Assembly: GCA_039801885.1 (NCBI GenBank)
Contig: JBDRVN010000001.1
Span: 9,716 to 73,715 of the forward strand
DNA length: 64,000 nucleotides
Source: a candidate division WOR-3 bacterium
Lineage (GTDB): Bacteria > Hydrothermota > Tepidihabitantia > Tepidihabitantales > DTDR01
Direction of reading: 5' to 3'
The translations under genes were made by a program, and so were the position numbers. Numbering within the stretch: the first letter of the stretch is position 1; each line of letters starts with the position of its first letter. Under the pieces are notes generated by a model. It had not been told where the DNA came from, made no database searches, and saw nothing but the letters and a program-made list of their open reading frames with translations. Shown one piece after another: positions 1 to 10,377 of the stretch.

Positions 1-689
1 CATTAAAATGTCTTCTTTGTAATAGTGGCAAAATTCCTTTTAAAAGAAATTTATATTTCTATGAGATTTGCGATCAGATATTAATGATTGAGAAACAATT
101 AAATATCAGACCAACAAACATTGTTTTTATGGGAATTGGCGAACCATTATTAAATTTAGAAGAAGTCTTGAAGGCAATCCAAGTTATTAATTCGTCTATT
201 GGCTTTGGAATAAGTGCCAGAAAAATTACTATTTCTACCGCGGGAATTATTGAAGGTATATATCGTTTATCTGAAATAAAAAATAAAATAAAATTAGCAA
301 TCTCTTTAAATGCCACCAAAGATGAGATTAGAGAGTATTTAATGCCCATAAATAAAAAATATCCCCTTTCCGAAATTTTAAAGGCTTGTGAATACTACTG
401 GCAGAAAAAGAGAGAAAGAATAACCTTTGAATATGTTTTGATAAGAGATATTAATGATAGCGAACAAGATGCCTATAATTTAATAAATATGTTAAGAAAG
501 ATTCCCTGCAAAATCAATCTAATTCCCTTTAATCCCTTTTCAGAGGTTTCTTTTCAGCCACCTTCTTTAAAAACAATAGAAAAATTTATGGAAATATTAG
601 CCGAAGCCAATTATACCGTAACTTTAAGAAAAAGCCGCGGCCAAGAAATCCTTGCTGGTTGTGGCCAACTTGCTTATCAAAATTATTAA
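1..689 (+). CDS. rlmN: Dual-specificity RNA methyltransferase RlmN (5'-truncated by window edge)
   Basis: Frame is open from the window start (LKCLLCNSG, the tail of CxxxCxxC). Motifs NIVFMGIGEPLLN, ISLNA, INLIPFN and RGQEILAGCGQL. Confidence 0.93.
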   Translation, partial: LKCLLCNSGKIPFKRNLYFYEICDQILMIEKQLNIRPTNIVFMGIGEPLLNLEEVLKAIQVINSSIGFGISARKITISTAGIIEGIYRLSEIKNKIKLAISLNATKDEIREYLMPINKKYPLSEILKACEYYWQKKRERITFEYVLIRDINDSEQDAYNLINMLRKIPCKINLIPFNPFSEVSFQPPSLKTIEKFMEILAEANYTVTLRKSRGQEILAGCGQLAYQNY

Positions 690-762
690 AAACTAATTAA
701 ATAATTACATTGAAAAATAATAAAATTTTAATATAATTTTTTTTAATTAAAAGGAGTTATAT

Positions 763-1350
763 ATGGAAAAGGAGATTTTGGAAATTAGATGGCATGGACG
801 AGGTGGACAAGGTGCTAAAACTGCTGCCTTGCTTTTTGGGGAAGCAGCATTAGAAACGGGAAAATATATCCAAGCCTTTCCAGAGTATGGTCCTGAAAGA
901 ATGGGTGCACCGGTAACTGCTTATAACCGAATTTCCTCTTCCGAAATTAGGATTCATTCCGGAATAAAAAATCCTGATATCTTAGTAATATTAGATACAA
1001 CCCTTTTTGATGCTTGTAATGTTTTAGAAGGATTAAAAGAAGATGGAATTATTTTGGTAAATACTAAAGAATCGCCAGAGAAAATTAGAGAAAAATTAGA
1101 TTTAAAAGGAAGTAAAATAAAAATTTACACCGTTGATGCGTCAAAAATTGCTATTGAATGTCTAAGAAGAGACATCCCTAATACACCGATGCTTGGTGCT
1201 TTGGTAAAGATATTGGGCATTCTAGATTTCCAAAGTTTTTTTAATTCAGTCAAAAAAAGATTGCAAGAAAAATTTCGTGGAAAAGAAGCTCTCATTGGGA
1301 AAAATCTGGAAGCAATCAAAAGAGCCTACGAGGAGGTAAAAAGTGACTAA
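763..1350 (+). CDS. porC: Pyruvate/2-oxoacid:ferredoxin oxidoreductase gamma subunit
   Basis: EIRWHGRGGQGAKT and YGPERMGAP motifs; SD AAGGAG upstream. Confidence 0.92.
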   Translation: MEKEILEIRWHGRGGQGAKTAALLFGEAALETGKYIQAFPEYGPERMGAPVTAYNRISSSEIRIHSGIKNPDILVILDTTLFDACNVLEGLKEDGIILVNTKESPEKIREKLDLKGSKIKIYTVDASKIAIECLRRDIPNTPMLGALVKILGILDFQSFFNSVKKRLQEKFRGKEALIGKNLEAIKRAYEEVKSD

Positions 1351-1657
1351 CAAGGAAGATAAAAAAGAGTGTTTAATTGTTAGCTGGAAAGATTTAACCT
1401 GTGGTGCTTTAATTAAAGATTTAAAAAGAATAAAAGAAAACAAAACTGGTGCTTGGCGAAGTCAGAAACCAATTTTTAATAAAGGAAAATGTGTTAATTG
1501 TTATCGCTGCTGGATGTATTGTCCAGAAGCAGCAATTATGTTAGAAAATAATAAGGTAGTAGGTATTAATTATGATTATTGCAAGGGCTGTGGTATCTGT
1601 GCTAATGAATGTCCTAGAAAAATTCAGGCAATTACAATGGAAAGGGAGGTAAAATGA
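1343..1657 (+). CDS. porD: Pyruvate/2-oxoacid:ferredoxin oxidoreductase delta subunit (2x[4Fe-4S])
   Basis: TGAWRSQKP, CVNCYRCWMYCP and YDYCKGCGICANECP motifs; GTG start. Confidence 0.92.
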   Translation: MTNKEDKKECLIVSWKDLTCGALIKDLKRIKENKTGAWRSQKPIFNKGKCVNCYRCWMYCPEAAIMLENNKVVGINYDYCKGCGICANECPRKIQAITMEREVK

Positions 1658-2823
1658 TTTTAGCGAAAACTGGAAATGAAGCAATCGCTTATGCTATGAA
1701 ACAAATAAATCCAGATGTGGTGGCTGCCTACCCAATTACTCCTTCTACCGAAATTGTACAAATTTTTTCTTCCTATGTTGCTGATGGACTTGTTGATACT
1801 GAATTTGTTGCCGTGGAAAGTGAACATTCGGCAATGAGTGCCTGTATTGCTGCTGCTGCTTCTGGTGCCCGGGCAATGACGGCTACTTCCTCGCAAGGAT
1901 TAGCATTAATGCATGAAATGCTTTTTATTGCTTCTGGTTTAAGGTTACCAATTGTCTTATGTTTGGTAAACCGCTCTCTTTCTTCCCCATTAAATATCCA
2001 TTGTGATCATACTGATTCTATTGCTTCTCGTGATTCGGGTTGGATACAGATTTTCTGCGAAGATGCCCAAGAGGCTTATGATACAACAATTTGTGCTGTA
2101 AGGATTGCAGAAAAAACCTTTTTACCGGTGATGGTAACAATTGACGGATTTATTATTTCTCACTGTATGCAAAAAATTGAGGTTCTTTCTGACGAAGCAG
2201 TGAAATCTTTTATTGGCGAATATAAACCGAATTATAATCTTTTAGATGTTGATAATCCTATTACTCTTGGACCAGCTTGTTTGCCCGATTCGTTCTTTGA
2301 ACACAAAAGAGCCCAAGCCGAAGGAATGAACCAAGCATTAACCCATATTGAAGACGTATTTAAAGAGTATAAGGAAAAATTTAATCGGAAATTATCTATT
2401 TTGGAAGAATACCAAACTAATGATGCTGAAGTAGCTATCCTGTGTATGGGTTCTACCGCCGGCACAGCAAAAGTAGCAGTAAACAATTTAAGAAATAGAG
2501 GTTATCAAGTAGGTTTATTTAAATTAAGAGTTTTTCGTCCAATTGTGGCAAAATATCTTCAAAAAGCTTTAAAAAACATTAAAATTTTAGGTATCTTAGA
2601 AAGAATGGAAGGATTGAGTGCCTTTGGTGGTCCTTTATTTAATGAAGTCCGTTCAGTTTTATATGATGAACCAGAAAGATTAATCACTATTTCTTATGTT
2701 TATGGATTAGGCGGAAGAGAAATTACACCGGAAGAGATCGAACAGGTATTTTTAGAATTATTATCTTTAAAAAATAAAAGAAAAAAAGATATTGAAAAAT
2801 TTAGATATATTAATGTGAGGTAG
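1654..2823 (+). CDS. porA: Pyruvate/2-oxoacid:ferredoxin oxidoreductase alpha subunit
   Basis: AAYPITPST, ESEHSAMS, TSSQGL and YGLGGR motifs. Confidence 0.93.
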   Translation: MILAKTGNEAIAYAMKQINPDVVAAYPITPSTEIVQIFSSYVADGLVDTEFVAVESEHSAMSACIAAAASGARAMTATSSQGLALMHEMLFIASGLRLPIVLCLVNRSLSSPLNIHCDHTDSIASRDSGWIQIFCEDAQEAYDTTICAVRIAEKTFLPVMVTIDGFIISHCMQKIEVLSDEAVKSFIGEYKPNYNLLDVDNPITLGPACLPDSFFEHKRAQAEGMNQALTHIEDVFKEYKEKFNRKLSILEEYQTNDAEVAILCMGSTAGTAKVAVNNLRNRGYQVGLFKLRVFRPIVAKYLQKALKNIKILGILERMEGLSAFGGPLFNEVRSVLYDEPERLITISYVYGLGGREITPEEIEQVFLELLSLKNKRKKDIEKFRYINVR

Positions 2824-2824
2824 T

Positions 2825-3754
2825 ATGAAAAGTATAATGGATTTATTAAAAGAAGAAGAACTTTTTAGTTCCGGACACCGAGCTTGTGCCGGATGCGGTG
2901 AAGTTTTAGCAGTAAGACAAGTGTTATTAGCTAGTAAAAAACCGATTGCCTGTGCAATGCCTACTGGTTGTTTAGAAATTGTTTCGACAATTTTCCCTCA
3001 TACAGCCTGGCAAGTTCCTATGTTTCATTCAGCCTTTGAAAATGCTGCAGCAACAATTTCCGGTATGGAGGCTGCTTACCGGATTTTATTAAAAAAAGGA
3101 AAGATAAATAAAAAAATCTATTTTATTGCTTTTGGTGGTGACGGCGGAACCTATGATATTGGTTTTCAAGCTCTATCAGGAGCAATTGAAAGAAGACATA
3201 GTTTCTTATATGTTTGTACTGATAACGAGGCCTATATGAATACCGGAATTCAACGTTCTTCTGCAACTCCCCAATTTGCCCATACTACTACTTCACCAAA
3301 AGGAGAAGTATTACCAGGAAAATTACAACCAAGAAAAGATATAATGGAAATTATTATTGCCCACGAAGTGCCTTATGCTGCCCAAACTACCGTTGCTTTT
3401 TTCCAAGATTTAGTTAAAAAGGTAGAAAAAGCTCAGTCTTACGACGGTCCAACTTTTATTAATATCTTGGTTCCTTGTCCTCTGGGCTGGGCACATTCGC
3501 CGTCATTAACAATTGAAGTCTCCCGTTTAGCTGTAGAAACAAATTTCTGGCCCCTTTATGAATACGAAAAGGGAGTTTATCGTCTAACCTATCAACCCTC
3601 CCAAGTTAAACCAATAACCGAATGGTTAAAGCTTCAAGGAAGATTTGCTCATCTTTTTGAAGAGAAAAATAAGCATCTCTTAGAAGAATTTCAAAAATAT
3701 GTAGATGAGAAATATCAAAAACTTCTTAAAAAATGTGAGTTAAGTGAAAAATAG
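2825..3754 (+). CDS. porB: Pyruvate/2-oxoacid:ferredoxin oxidoreductase beta subunit (TPP-binding)
   Basis: GHRACAGC, GGDGGTYDIG and DNEAYMNTGIQRS motifs. Confidence 0.93.
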   Translation: MKSIMDLLKEEELFSSGHRACAGCGEVLAVRQVLLASKKPIACAMPTGCLEIVSTIFPHTAWQVPMFHSAFENAAATISGMEAAYRILLKKGKINKKIYFIAFGGDGGTYDIGFQALSGAIERRHSFLYVCTDNEAYMNTGIQRSSATPQFAHTTTSPKGEVLPGKLQPRKDIMEIIIAHEVPYAAQTTVAFFQDLVKKVEKAQSYDGPTFINILVPCPLGWAHSPSLTIEVSRLAVETNFWPLYEYEKGVYRLTYQPSQVKPITEWLKLQGRFAHLFEEKNKHLLEEFQKYVDEKYQKLLKKCELSEK

Positions 3755-4265
3755 CCTTCTTTTACATACTTGTTGTGCAATCTGCCTCTTAAATCTTTTA
3801 GATTCCTTAAAAGAAAATTTTAAAATTACTATTTTTTATTACAATCCAAATATTCATCCCTTTCAAGAATATGAAAAAAGGCTAAAAGCTGTTGAAAAAA
3901 TATGTCAATTTAAAAATTTGGAATTAATTACTCCTATTTACACACCGATCATTTTTTTAAACAAAACAAAAGAATACCGGAAAGAAAAGGAAGGTGGGAA
4001 AAGATGCGAAATCTGTTTTCAGATAAGATTAGAAAAAACAGCCCAATTTGCTAAAGAAAATAATTTTTATTATTTCTCTACCACTTTAATTAGTAGTCCC
4101 CAAAAAGATAAAAATTTAATAGATAAGATTGGCAATAAAATCGCAAAAGAAAAAAATATTAATTATTTTTCCTTAAAGGAAGTTTCTTTTTTGAAAAAAG
4201 AAGAAATTAAAAAATTAGATATTTATTCTCAAAAATATTGTGGCTGTATCTACTCTTTCTATTAA
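3744..4265 (+). CDS. queH: Epoxyqueuosine reductase QueH (DUF208)
   Basis: LLHTCCAIC, YNPNIHP, RCEICFQIRL and QKYCGCIYS motifs. Confidence 0.9.
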   Translation: MKNSLLLHTCCAICLLNLLDSLKENFKITIFYYNPNIHPFQEYEKRLKAVEKICQFKNLELITPIYTPIIFLNKTKEYRKEKEGGKRCEICFQIRLEKTAQFAKENNFYYFSTTLISSPQKDKNLIDKIGNKIAKEKNINYFSLKEVSFLKKEEIKKLDIYSQKYCGCIYSFY

Positions 4266-4863
4266 AAAATTAATAAATAAAATTAAAAGATGTAAAAAAT
4301 GTTCCCATTTGAAAAATTGTAAATCTATTTTTTCACCGGTAATAAATACTAAGTTATTAATTATTGGACAAGCACCGGGCAAAAAAGAGAGTGAATTAGG
4401 TCTGCCGTTTGTTGGAGCAGCCGGAAAGAAACTTTTTTCTTGGTTTCAAAAGATTGGTATAAAGGAAGAGGAGATAAGGAAAAATTTTTATATCACTCAA
4501 GTAATAAAATGTTATTTAGGAAGTAATCGAATACCCAAGTCAAAGGAACTAAAAAATTGTCTACCCTATCTTCATTCCGAAATAGAACTTTTAAAACCAA
4601 AATTAATCATTCCCATTGGAATTTTGGCAATTAAAGCAATCTTAGGAGAAAAGAAAATTAATGAAGTAATTGGAAAAACTTTTAAATGGAAAGATTCCTT
4701 AGTAATCCCCCTTCCCCATCCGTCAGGTGCCAATGTTTGGTTAAATAAAAAAAAGAATCAGAAAAAATTAAAAAAAGCCTTAAAAAAAATAAAAAACTAT
4801 TTCAAAGCAATAAACATTACTCTTAAGGAATCCCTTTTTGCTGGTAAAAATGTAAGGTGTTGA
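4240..4863 (+). CDS. Uracil-DNA glycosylase superfamily protein (family 4-like)
   Basis: CKKC, IGQAPG, PFVGAAG and LPHPSG motifs. Confidence 0.85.
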   Translation: MAVSTLSIKKLINKIKRCKKCSHLKNCKSIFSPVINTKLLIIGQAPGKKESELGLPFVGAAGKKLFSWFQKIGIKEEEIRKNFYITQVIKCYLGSNRIPKSKELKNCLPYLHSEIELLKPKLIIPIGILAIKAILGEKKINEVIGKTFKWKDSLVIPLPHPSGANVWLNKKKNQKKLKKALKKIKNYFKAINITLKESLFAGKNVRC

Positions 4864-5546
4864 AAGATTTTAATTTTTCTAAAACCGACTTTTTTTAAAA
4901 GTTTAATTAGAGTTTTATATTCGTACCCTCTCTCCTGATGAATTTCTATAAAAAATTCCTTTTTATCTTTCAAATAGCATTTCAAATAAAGGGTAGAAAT
5001 TTTTAACTTTTTATCAAATTTATTTTCCCAAAGGGTTTTTAAACTTTCACTTTCTCTTACAAATTTGTTATTAGCCCAAAACTTTTCCAAAACAAAAATA
5101 GTATTCATATCAAAACTAAAAATTCCTTTTTCTTTTAAAAATTTATAAATTAAAGAAAAACATTTCTCTAAATCATCTTCTTTTAATAGATAATTAATAC
5201 TGTCATAAAAAGATACAGCAGCATCAACTTGGATATCTAAATTAAAATTAGTAATATCACTTTCAACTATTGTGAGATTATTTTTTAAATCCGGATAATT
5301 CTCTATTTTCTTTTTAAAAATATTAAGCATCTCTTCACTCTTATCCACACCGATAACTTGATAACCTTTTTTTAAAAGAATAATTGAAGGAATTCCTGTG
5401 CCACAAGCCAAGTCTAAAATAATCTTTGGTTTAAGATTAAAAAAATTCCAAATATCAATCACATATTCTACCCAAGCATCATAATTTACCAATTTCAACA
5501 TAAACTCATCATAAAATTGAGCAAATTTAGAAAAAGGTTTTTTCAT
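4797..5546 (-). CDS. Class I SAM-dependent methyltransferase
   Basis: ILDLACGTG, GVDKSEEML and DSINYL motifs. Confidence 0.88.
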   Translation of the reverse strand: MKKPFSKFAQFYDEFMLKLVNYDAWVEYVIDIWNFFNLKPKIILDLACGTGIPSIILLKKGYQVIGVDKSEEMLNIFKKKIENYPDLKNNLTIVESDITNFNLDIQVDAAVSFYDSINYLLKEDDLEKCFSLIYKFLKEKGIFSFDMNTIFVLEKFWANNKFVRESESLKTLWENKFDKKLKISTLYLKCYLKDKKEFFIEIHQERGYEYKTLIKLLKKVGFRKIKIFQHLTFLPAKRDSLRVMFIALK

Positions 5547-5810
5547 TAATTATATTCTATAAGAAATAAAAGTAATTTTCAACTGTTGTTGCGATTTTAA
5601 AAAATTATTAACCCAATGACCTCTCTTAATACATTTACTATTTTATCTTGGTATTTTAAAAATTTTGACTATATTATAATACAACTGGTTATTAAATGTT
5701 TTTGATGACATATTTGTTTATTAACGTTGGAAGGAATGTAAATTTTTGCGTGTAGAGTCTTTTGGTTATTCAATAATGAAACGGAAGTGAAAAAAAATAC
5801 ACAGGAAAAG

Positions 5811-5990
5811 AAAAATCCCTGTGGAGGGAATAATACGGGGTATGGCTATATGGTATCAATAATGCCTTTATTAATGGGAATAATACTATGTTTATTAAAG
5901 GTAATAATAATCCCTTTATTAGTGTTAAAAATAATAAGATTATTAATGGCTTTAATAATAAGTCTATGTTTAAGAATTATATACCGCTTA
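5811..5990. repeat. Intergenic element: G-rich head plus degenerate 24-nt tandem repeats, homologous to 57945..58090
   Basis: Units such as aatgcctttattaatgggaataat / actatgtttattaaaggtaataat / aatccctttattagtgttaaaaat. 5940-5963 is identical to 58054-58077 (24 nt). Confidence 0.7.
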
Positions 5991-6220
5991 AATGATTTAT
6001 TAGGGATAGACTGGGAAGCAACACCGTCCAACAAAAAAAATAAATAAAAGGTAAGATTAGAAACTAAAGAAATTCTTTGAATATTAAGCTCAAACCAAGA
6101 GACAACTGATTTATCTGTATGGCATGTAAATAGGAAACGGTTAAATCTATCTTAACCTGTTATTTAATTTTATTGACTTTTTAAAAAAGATTAAGTAAAA
6201 TTAAAAAGATTAATTTTTAA

Positions 6221-6499
6221 ATGACAAAATTTGCTCAAAAAGTTTTAGCAATTGTGAAAAAGATTCCCAAAGGTAAAGTGATGACTTATAAAGAAATTGC
6301 GATAAAATTAGGGGATAAAAATCTTGCACGAGCGATTGGTCAAATATTAAAAAGAAACCCTTATCCAATAGTTATCCCTTGCCATCGAGTAATAAGAAGC
6401 GATGGGAAAATTGGCGGTTATTCTTTAGGAATAGAAAAGAAAAAAGAACTATTAAGAAAAGAAGGAATTTTAATAGTTGGCAATAAAGTAATTAGATGA
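6221..6499 (+). CDS. Methylated-DNA-protein-cysteine methyltransferase (MGMT/Ogt C-terminal domain only)
   Basis: IPKGKVMTY, ARAIG and active-site PCHRV motifs. Confidence 0.9.
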   Translation: MTKFAQKVLAIVKKIPKGKVMTYKEIAIKLGDKNLARAIGQILKRNPYPIVIPCHRVIRSDGKIGGYSLGIEKKKELLRKEGILIVGNKVIR

Positions 6500-7146
6500 G
6501 CAAAATTATTAGATTACAAGTTGGAGAAGTACTTACTAATACTTATATTATAAAATCTAAAGATGAAATTATAATAATTGATCCGGCTTTTGATAGTGAA
6601 AAAATTATAAAAGAGATTAAGAATCTGAAAGGATGTGTTAAATATATTATTAACACCCACGGACATATTGACCATATCAGCAGTAATAATGATTTATTAA
6701 AAGAATTCAATTGCCAGTTATTAATTCATGAATTGGATAGCAAATTATTAACTTCACCCGGCAGAAATCTATCTCTTCTTTTTGGTTATTCCTATGTCTC
6801 TCGTAATGCTGATCTATTACTAAGAGATGGTGATATAGTAAAAATTGGTGATTTAGAATTAAAAGTAATCCATACACCAGGACATACTGAAGGAAGTATT
6901 TCTTTATATGGCAATGGATTTATTTTTACCGGCGATACCCTTTTTTATGATTCTATTGGTCGCACTGATTTTCCTGGTGGCAATGAAAGAAAACTTTTTG
7001 AATCATTGAAAAAATTAACTAAGATAATAAAAGATGAACAAATAGTCTATCCGGGTCACGGAGAATTTGGTAATTTTTATAAAATTAAAAAAATTAACCC
7101 TTTTTTAAAATTATTTGAGGAGGAAGTATGGCAAAAATCAGAGTAG
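6496..7146 (+). CDS. MBL-fold metallo-hydrolase (glyoxalase II-like)
   Basis: THGHIDH, HTPGHT, TGDTLF and YPGHG motifs. Confidence 0.9.
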   Translation: MSKIIRLQVGEVLTNTYIIKSKDEIIIIDPAFDSEKIIKEIKNLKGCVKYIINTHGHIDHISSNNDLLKEFNCQLLIHELDSKLLTSPGRNLSLLFGYSYVSRNADLLLRDGDIVKIGDLELKVIHTPGHTEGSISLYGNGFIFTGDTLFYDSIGRTDFPGGNERKLFESLKKLTKIIKDEQIVYPGHGEFGNFYKIKKINPFLKLFEEEVWQKSE

Positions 7147-8216
7147 CAATTATTGGTGTTGGTAATTGTGCTTCTAGTTTAGTTCAAGGAGTATATTATT
7201 ACAAAAATGCTAAAGAGGGAGATTTCATACCGGGAATAATGCATGTGAATCTTGGTGGTTATCATATTTCTGATATTGAATTTACTGTCGGAATTGATAT
7301 TGACAAAAGGAAAGTAGGAAAGGATTTAGCCCAAGCGATTTTTACCTATCCTAATAATACTTATAAATTTTGCGATGTTCCAAAGTTAAATGTAAAAGTA
7401 GTCCGCGGAATGACCCATGATGGTTTAGGATATTATCTTTCTCAAATTATTGAGAAAGCACCCGGACCAACTGCTGATATTGTCGGAATTTTAAAAGAAA
7501 CCAAAACTGATGTCGTAGTGAATTTTCTACCGGTAGGAAGTGAAGAGGCAACAAAATGGTATGTGGAACAGACATTAAAAGCAAAGTGTGCTTTTGTCAA
7601 CTGTATTCCGGTATTTATTGCTTCGGAAAAATATTGGCAAAATCGTTTTAAGGAAGCAAAATTACCAGTTATCGGTGACGATATTAAATCCCAAGTAGGA
7701 GCCACTATTGTCCATCGAGTCTTATCCAACCTTTTTATTGAAAGAGGAGTGAAAATTGAAAGAACAAGTCAATTAAATGTTGGTGGTAACACTGATTTTC
7801 TAAATATGTTAGAACGTTCCCGGTTGCAGTCTAAAAAAATTTCTAAAACCAGAGCAGTAACTTCTTTAATACCCTATGATATTGGTGAAGAAAATATTTA
7901 TATCGGACCTTCTGATTATGTTGCTTGGTTAAAAGATAGAAAATGGGCTTATATTCGAATTGAAGGAAGAACTTTTGGTGATGTTCCTTTAAACTTAGAA
8001 TTAAAATTAGAAGTCTGGGATTCGCCAAATTCTGCTGGAGTAGTAATTGATGCTATTCGGTGCGCAAAATTAGCATTAGATAATAATCTGAGCGGCGCGA
8101 TCGTTGAGCCTTCTTGTTACTTTATGAAAACACCACCAAAACAGATACCCGACCATATTGCCCGCGAAAAATTAGAACAATTTATTAAAAAATACGGCTT
8201 AAAATCTAAAAAATAA
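7128..8216 (+). CDS. ino1: Myo-inositol-1-phosphate synthase
   Basis: [34 protein letters not shown] and DSPNSAG motifs. Confidence 0.93.
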   Translation: MAKIRVAIIGVGNCASSLVQGVYYYKNAKEGDFIPGIMHVNLGGYHISDIEFTVGIDIDKRKVGKDLAQAIFTYPNNTYKFCDVPKLNVKVVRGMTHDGLGYYLSQIIEKAPGPTADIVGILKETKTDVVVNFLPVGSEEATKWYVEQTLKAKCAFVNCIPVFIASEKYWQNRFKEAKLPVIGDDIKSQVGATIVHRVLSNLFIERGVKIERTSQLNVGGNTDFLNMLERSRLQSKKISKTRAVTSLIPYDIGEENIYIGPSDYVAWLKDRKWAYIRIEGRTFGDVPLNLELKLEVWDSPNSAGVVIDAIRCAKLALDNNLSGAIVEPSCYFMKTPPKQIPDHIAREKLEQFIKKYGLKSKK

Positions 8217-8218
8217 AA

Positions 8219-8851
8219 TTGCCCGGCATTTTAATAACTTTTGAAGGAATTGAAAGATGTGGTAAGACAACACAGGCAAAATTACTTTATGAATATCTAA
8301 AGCAAAAAGGGATTCCGTGTATATTAGTTCATGAACCGGGAGGAACAAAGATTGGCGAAGAAATCAGAAAAATTCTTCTTGATAAAAAAAACATTAAAAT
8401 GAGCCCAAAAACTGAATTTTTTTTATACCTGGCTGCTCGGGCTCAATTATTAGCAGAAATTATTTTTCCTTCCCTTCAAGAAGGGAAAGTAGTAATTTGC
8501 GATCGGTTTAGCGATTCCACATTAGCCTATCAAGGCGGTGGTCGGAATTTAAGCTTAGAAAAAATAAGTCAGATTAACAGATATGCTACTGATAAATTAA
8601 AACCAAATCTTACTATTCTTATTGATATACCTGTTTCAATAAGTCAAGAGAGAATTAAAAAAGAAGAAAAAGACCGCTTAGAAAAAGAAGATGAAGAATT
8701 TCATAAAAGAGTAAGGAATACCTATCTTTTTTTAGCCAAACGAGCACCCAAAAGGATAAAAATTTTTGAAGGAGATAAGAGTATTGAAGATTTGCATTTG
8801 GAAATCAGAACAAAAGTAATTCAATTTTTAGCAAAAGAAGGAGTAATATGA
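8219..8851 (+). CDS. tmk: Thymidylate kinase
   Basis: FEGIERCGKTTQ, EPGGT and DRFSDSTLAYQG motifs; TTG start. Confidence 0.93.
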   Translation: MPGILITFEGIERCGKTTQAKLLYEYLKQKGIPCILVHEPGGTKIGEEIRKILLDKKNIKMSPKTEFFLYLAARAQLLAEIIFPSLQEGKVVICDRFSDSTLAYQGGGRNLSLEKISQINRYATDKLKPNLTILIDIPVSISQERIKKEEKDRLEKEDEEFHKRVRNTYLFLAKRAPKRIKIFEGDKSIEDLHLEIRTKVIQFLAKEGVI

Positions 8852-10377
8852 ATAAAAATAAAAAAATTATTATTGTTTTAATTATTTTTATTATTGCTTT
8901 AATATTTTCTTATTTAGGAACAAATCTTTGGGCGCAAAGGCAAAATGTTTTTCAATCTCTTCAAACCTTTTCTAAAATTCTTGATATTATCATTAGAGAT
9001 TATGTAGAAGAAACAGATACGGAAGATTTGATAAAATCAGCAATTGATGGAATGTTAAATTCTTTAGACCCTTATACTCAATATTTAACCGAAGAAGAAT
9101 ATAAAGATTTAAGAATTAAAACCGAAGCTCAATTTGGGGGAATCGGAATTCAAATTGGTATGCAAGAAAATCAATTAACCGTAATTTCACCTATCGAAGG
9201 AACTCCGGCTTATCGGGCGGGAATAATTGCTGGAGATAAAATAATTAAAATTGACGATGTTTCAACCGAAGGAATCTCCTTAGAAGAAGCGGTTAAAAAA
9301 TTAAGAGGTGAGCCAGGAACAAAAGTAAAAGTAACGATAAAACGAGAAGGGGTAGAGGAAGAATTTAATTTTATTTTAATAAGAGAAATTATTAAGATTC
9401 ACGCAATCCCTTATGCCGGCAAAATTGATGAAGAGATCGGCTATATCCGTTTAGCTGATTTTTCAAACTTAGCAGAGGAAGAATTAAAAAATACTTTGGA
9501 CTCTCTTTTTGGTAAAGAAAAAATAAAAAAATTGATTTTTGATTTAAGATCAAACTCCGGTGGTCTATTGCAAGAAGGCGTTAATGTAGCAAGTTCTTTC
9601 TTAGAAAAAAATAATCTTGTGGTAAAAGTAAAAGGGAGAAATCCGGAAACGGAAAGAGATTTTTATGTATGGGAAGAATCTAAATATAAAAATTATCCAA
9701 TGGTTGTCCTTGTTGACCGAGGAAGTGCCTCGGCTACTGAAATTGTTACCGGTGCTTTACAAGATTACGAAAGAGCATTGATAATTGGCGAAACTACTTT
9801 TGGTAAAGGGTCTGTTCAGAATATTCGTCCCTTAGATAATAACACTGCTCTTAAAATTACTACTGCTTATTGGTATACCCCCAGTGGTCGTTGTATTCAT
9901 AAAAGAATAAAAAAAGATTCCTTAAAAGAAATTAAAAAGACTTATCGTACGCTTGGTAAAATGAAACGAGAAATTTATGGCGGCGGCGGAATTGCTCCAG
10001 ATATTTATTTGCCTTACCAAACTCTTTCTAAATTAATGACCAAACTACGTCAAGAAAATGTTTTCTTCAAATTTGCTGTAAAGTATTATTCCGAACATAA
10101 AGAATTAAAATTGCCGATTATTGTTACCAAAGATTTAATCGAAAAAGAATTTATACCTTATTTAAAAGAAAAGAAAATTGAATTTAATGAAGAAGAAATA
10201 TGGAAAAACGAAGAAGAAATAAAAAGAGATTTATCAATTGAGCTTGCTGAGAAGATCGGTGGACTTAGAGCAAGATATGAAACCATTCTTAAATTTGACC
10301 CTCACATAAAGAAAGCTATTGAATTATTAAAGAAAACCTCCTCTCAGGAAGAACTTTTTAAAATTAGTTTAAGATAA
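8848..10377 (+). CDS. ctpA: Carboxyl-terminal processing protease (S41A, PDZ)
   Basis: N-terminal TM, LDPYT, FGGIGI (PDZ), DLRSNSGG, SASATE and TFGKGSVQ. Confidence 0.92.
   Translation: MNKNKKIIIVLIIFIIALIFSYLGTNLWAQRQNVFQSLQTFSKILDIIIRDYVEETDTEDLIKSAIDGMLNSLDPYTQYLTEEEYKDLRIKTEAQFGGIGIQIGMQENQLTVISPIEGTPAYRAGIIAGDKIIKIDDVSTEGISLEEAVKKLRGEPGTKVKVTIKREGVEEEFNFILIREIIKIHAIPYAGKIDEEIGYIRLADFSNLAEEELKNTLDSLFGKEKIKKLIFDLRSNSGGLLQEGVNVASSFLEKNNLVVKVKGRNPETERDFYVWEESKYKNYPMVVLVDRGSASATEIVTGALQDYERALIIGETTFGKGSVQNIRPLDNNTALKITTAYWYTPSGRCIHKRIKKDSLKEIKKTYRTLGKMKREIYGGGGIAPDIYLPYQTLSKLMTKLRQENVFFKFAVKYYSEHKELKLPIIVTKDLIEKEFIPYLKEKKIEFNEEEIWKNEEEIKRDLSIELAEKIGGLRARYETILKFDPHIKKAIELLKKTSSQEELFKISLR

Noticed and set aside
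4797-4863. Convergent 3' overlaps (67 nt here; 52 nt at 41632-41683)
   Set aside because: Most simply explained by compact gene packing and stop-codon drift; no evidence of function.
5811-5990. Periodic repeats as a CRISPR array
   Set aside because: The units are contiguous and degenerate with no unique spacers, and there are no cas genes in the window.
5787-6047. 86-aa ORF, its antisense 5846..6034, and ORF 18707..19069 as genuine genes
   Set aside because: They coincide with the low-complexity periodic elements and have no recognisable domain or convincing SD; treated as repeats.
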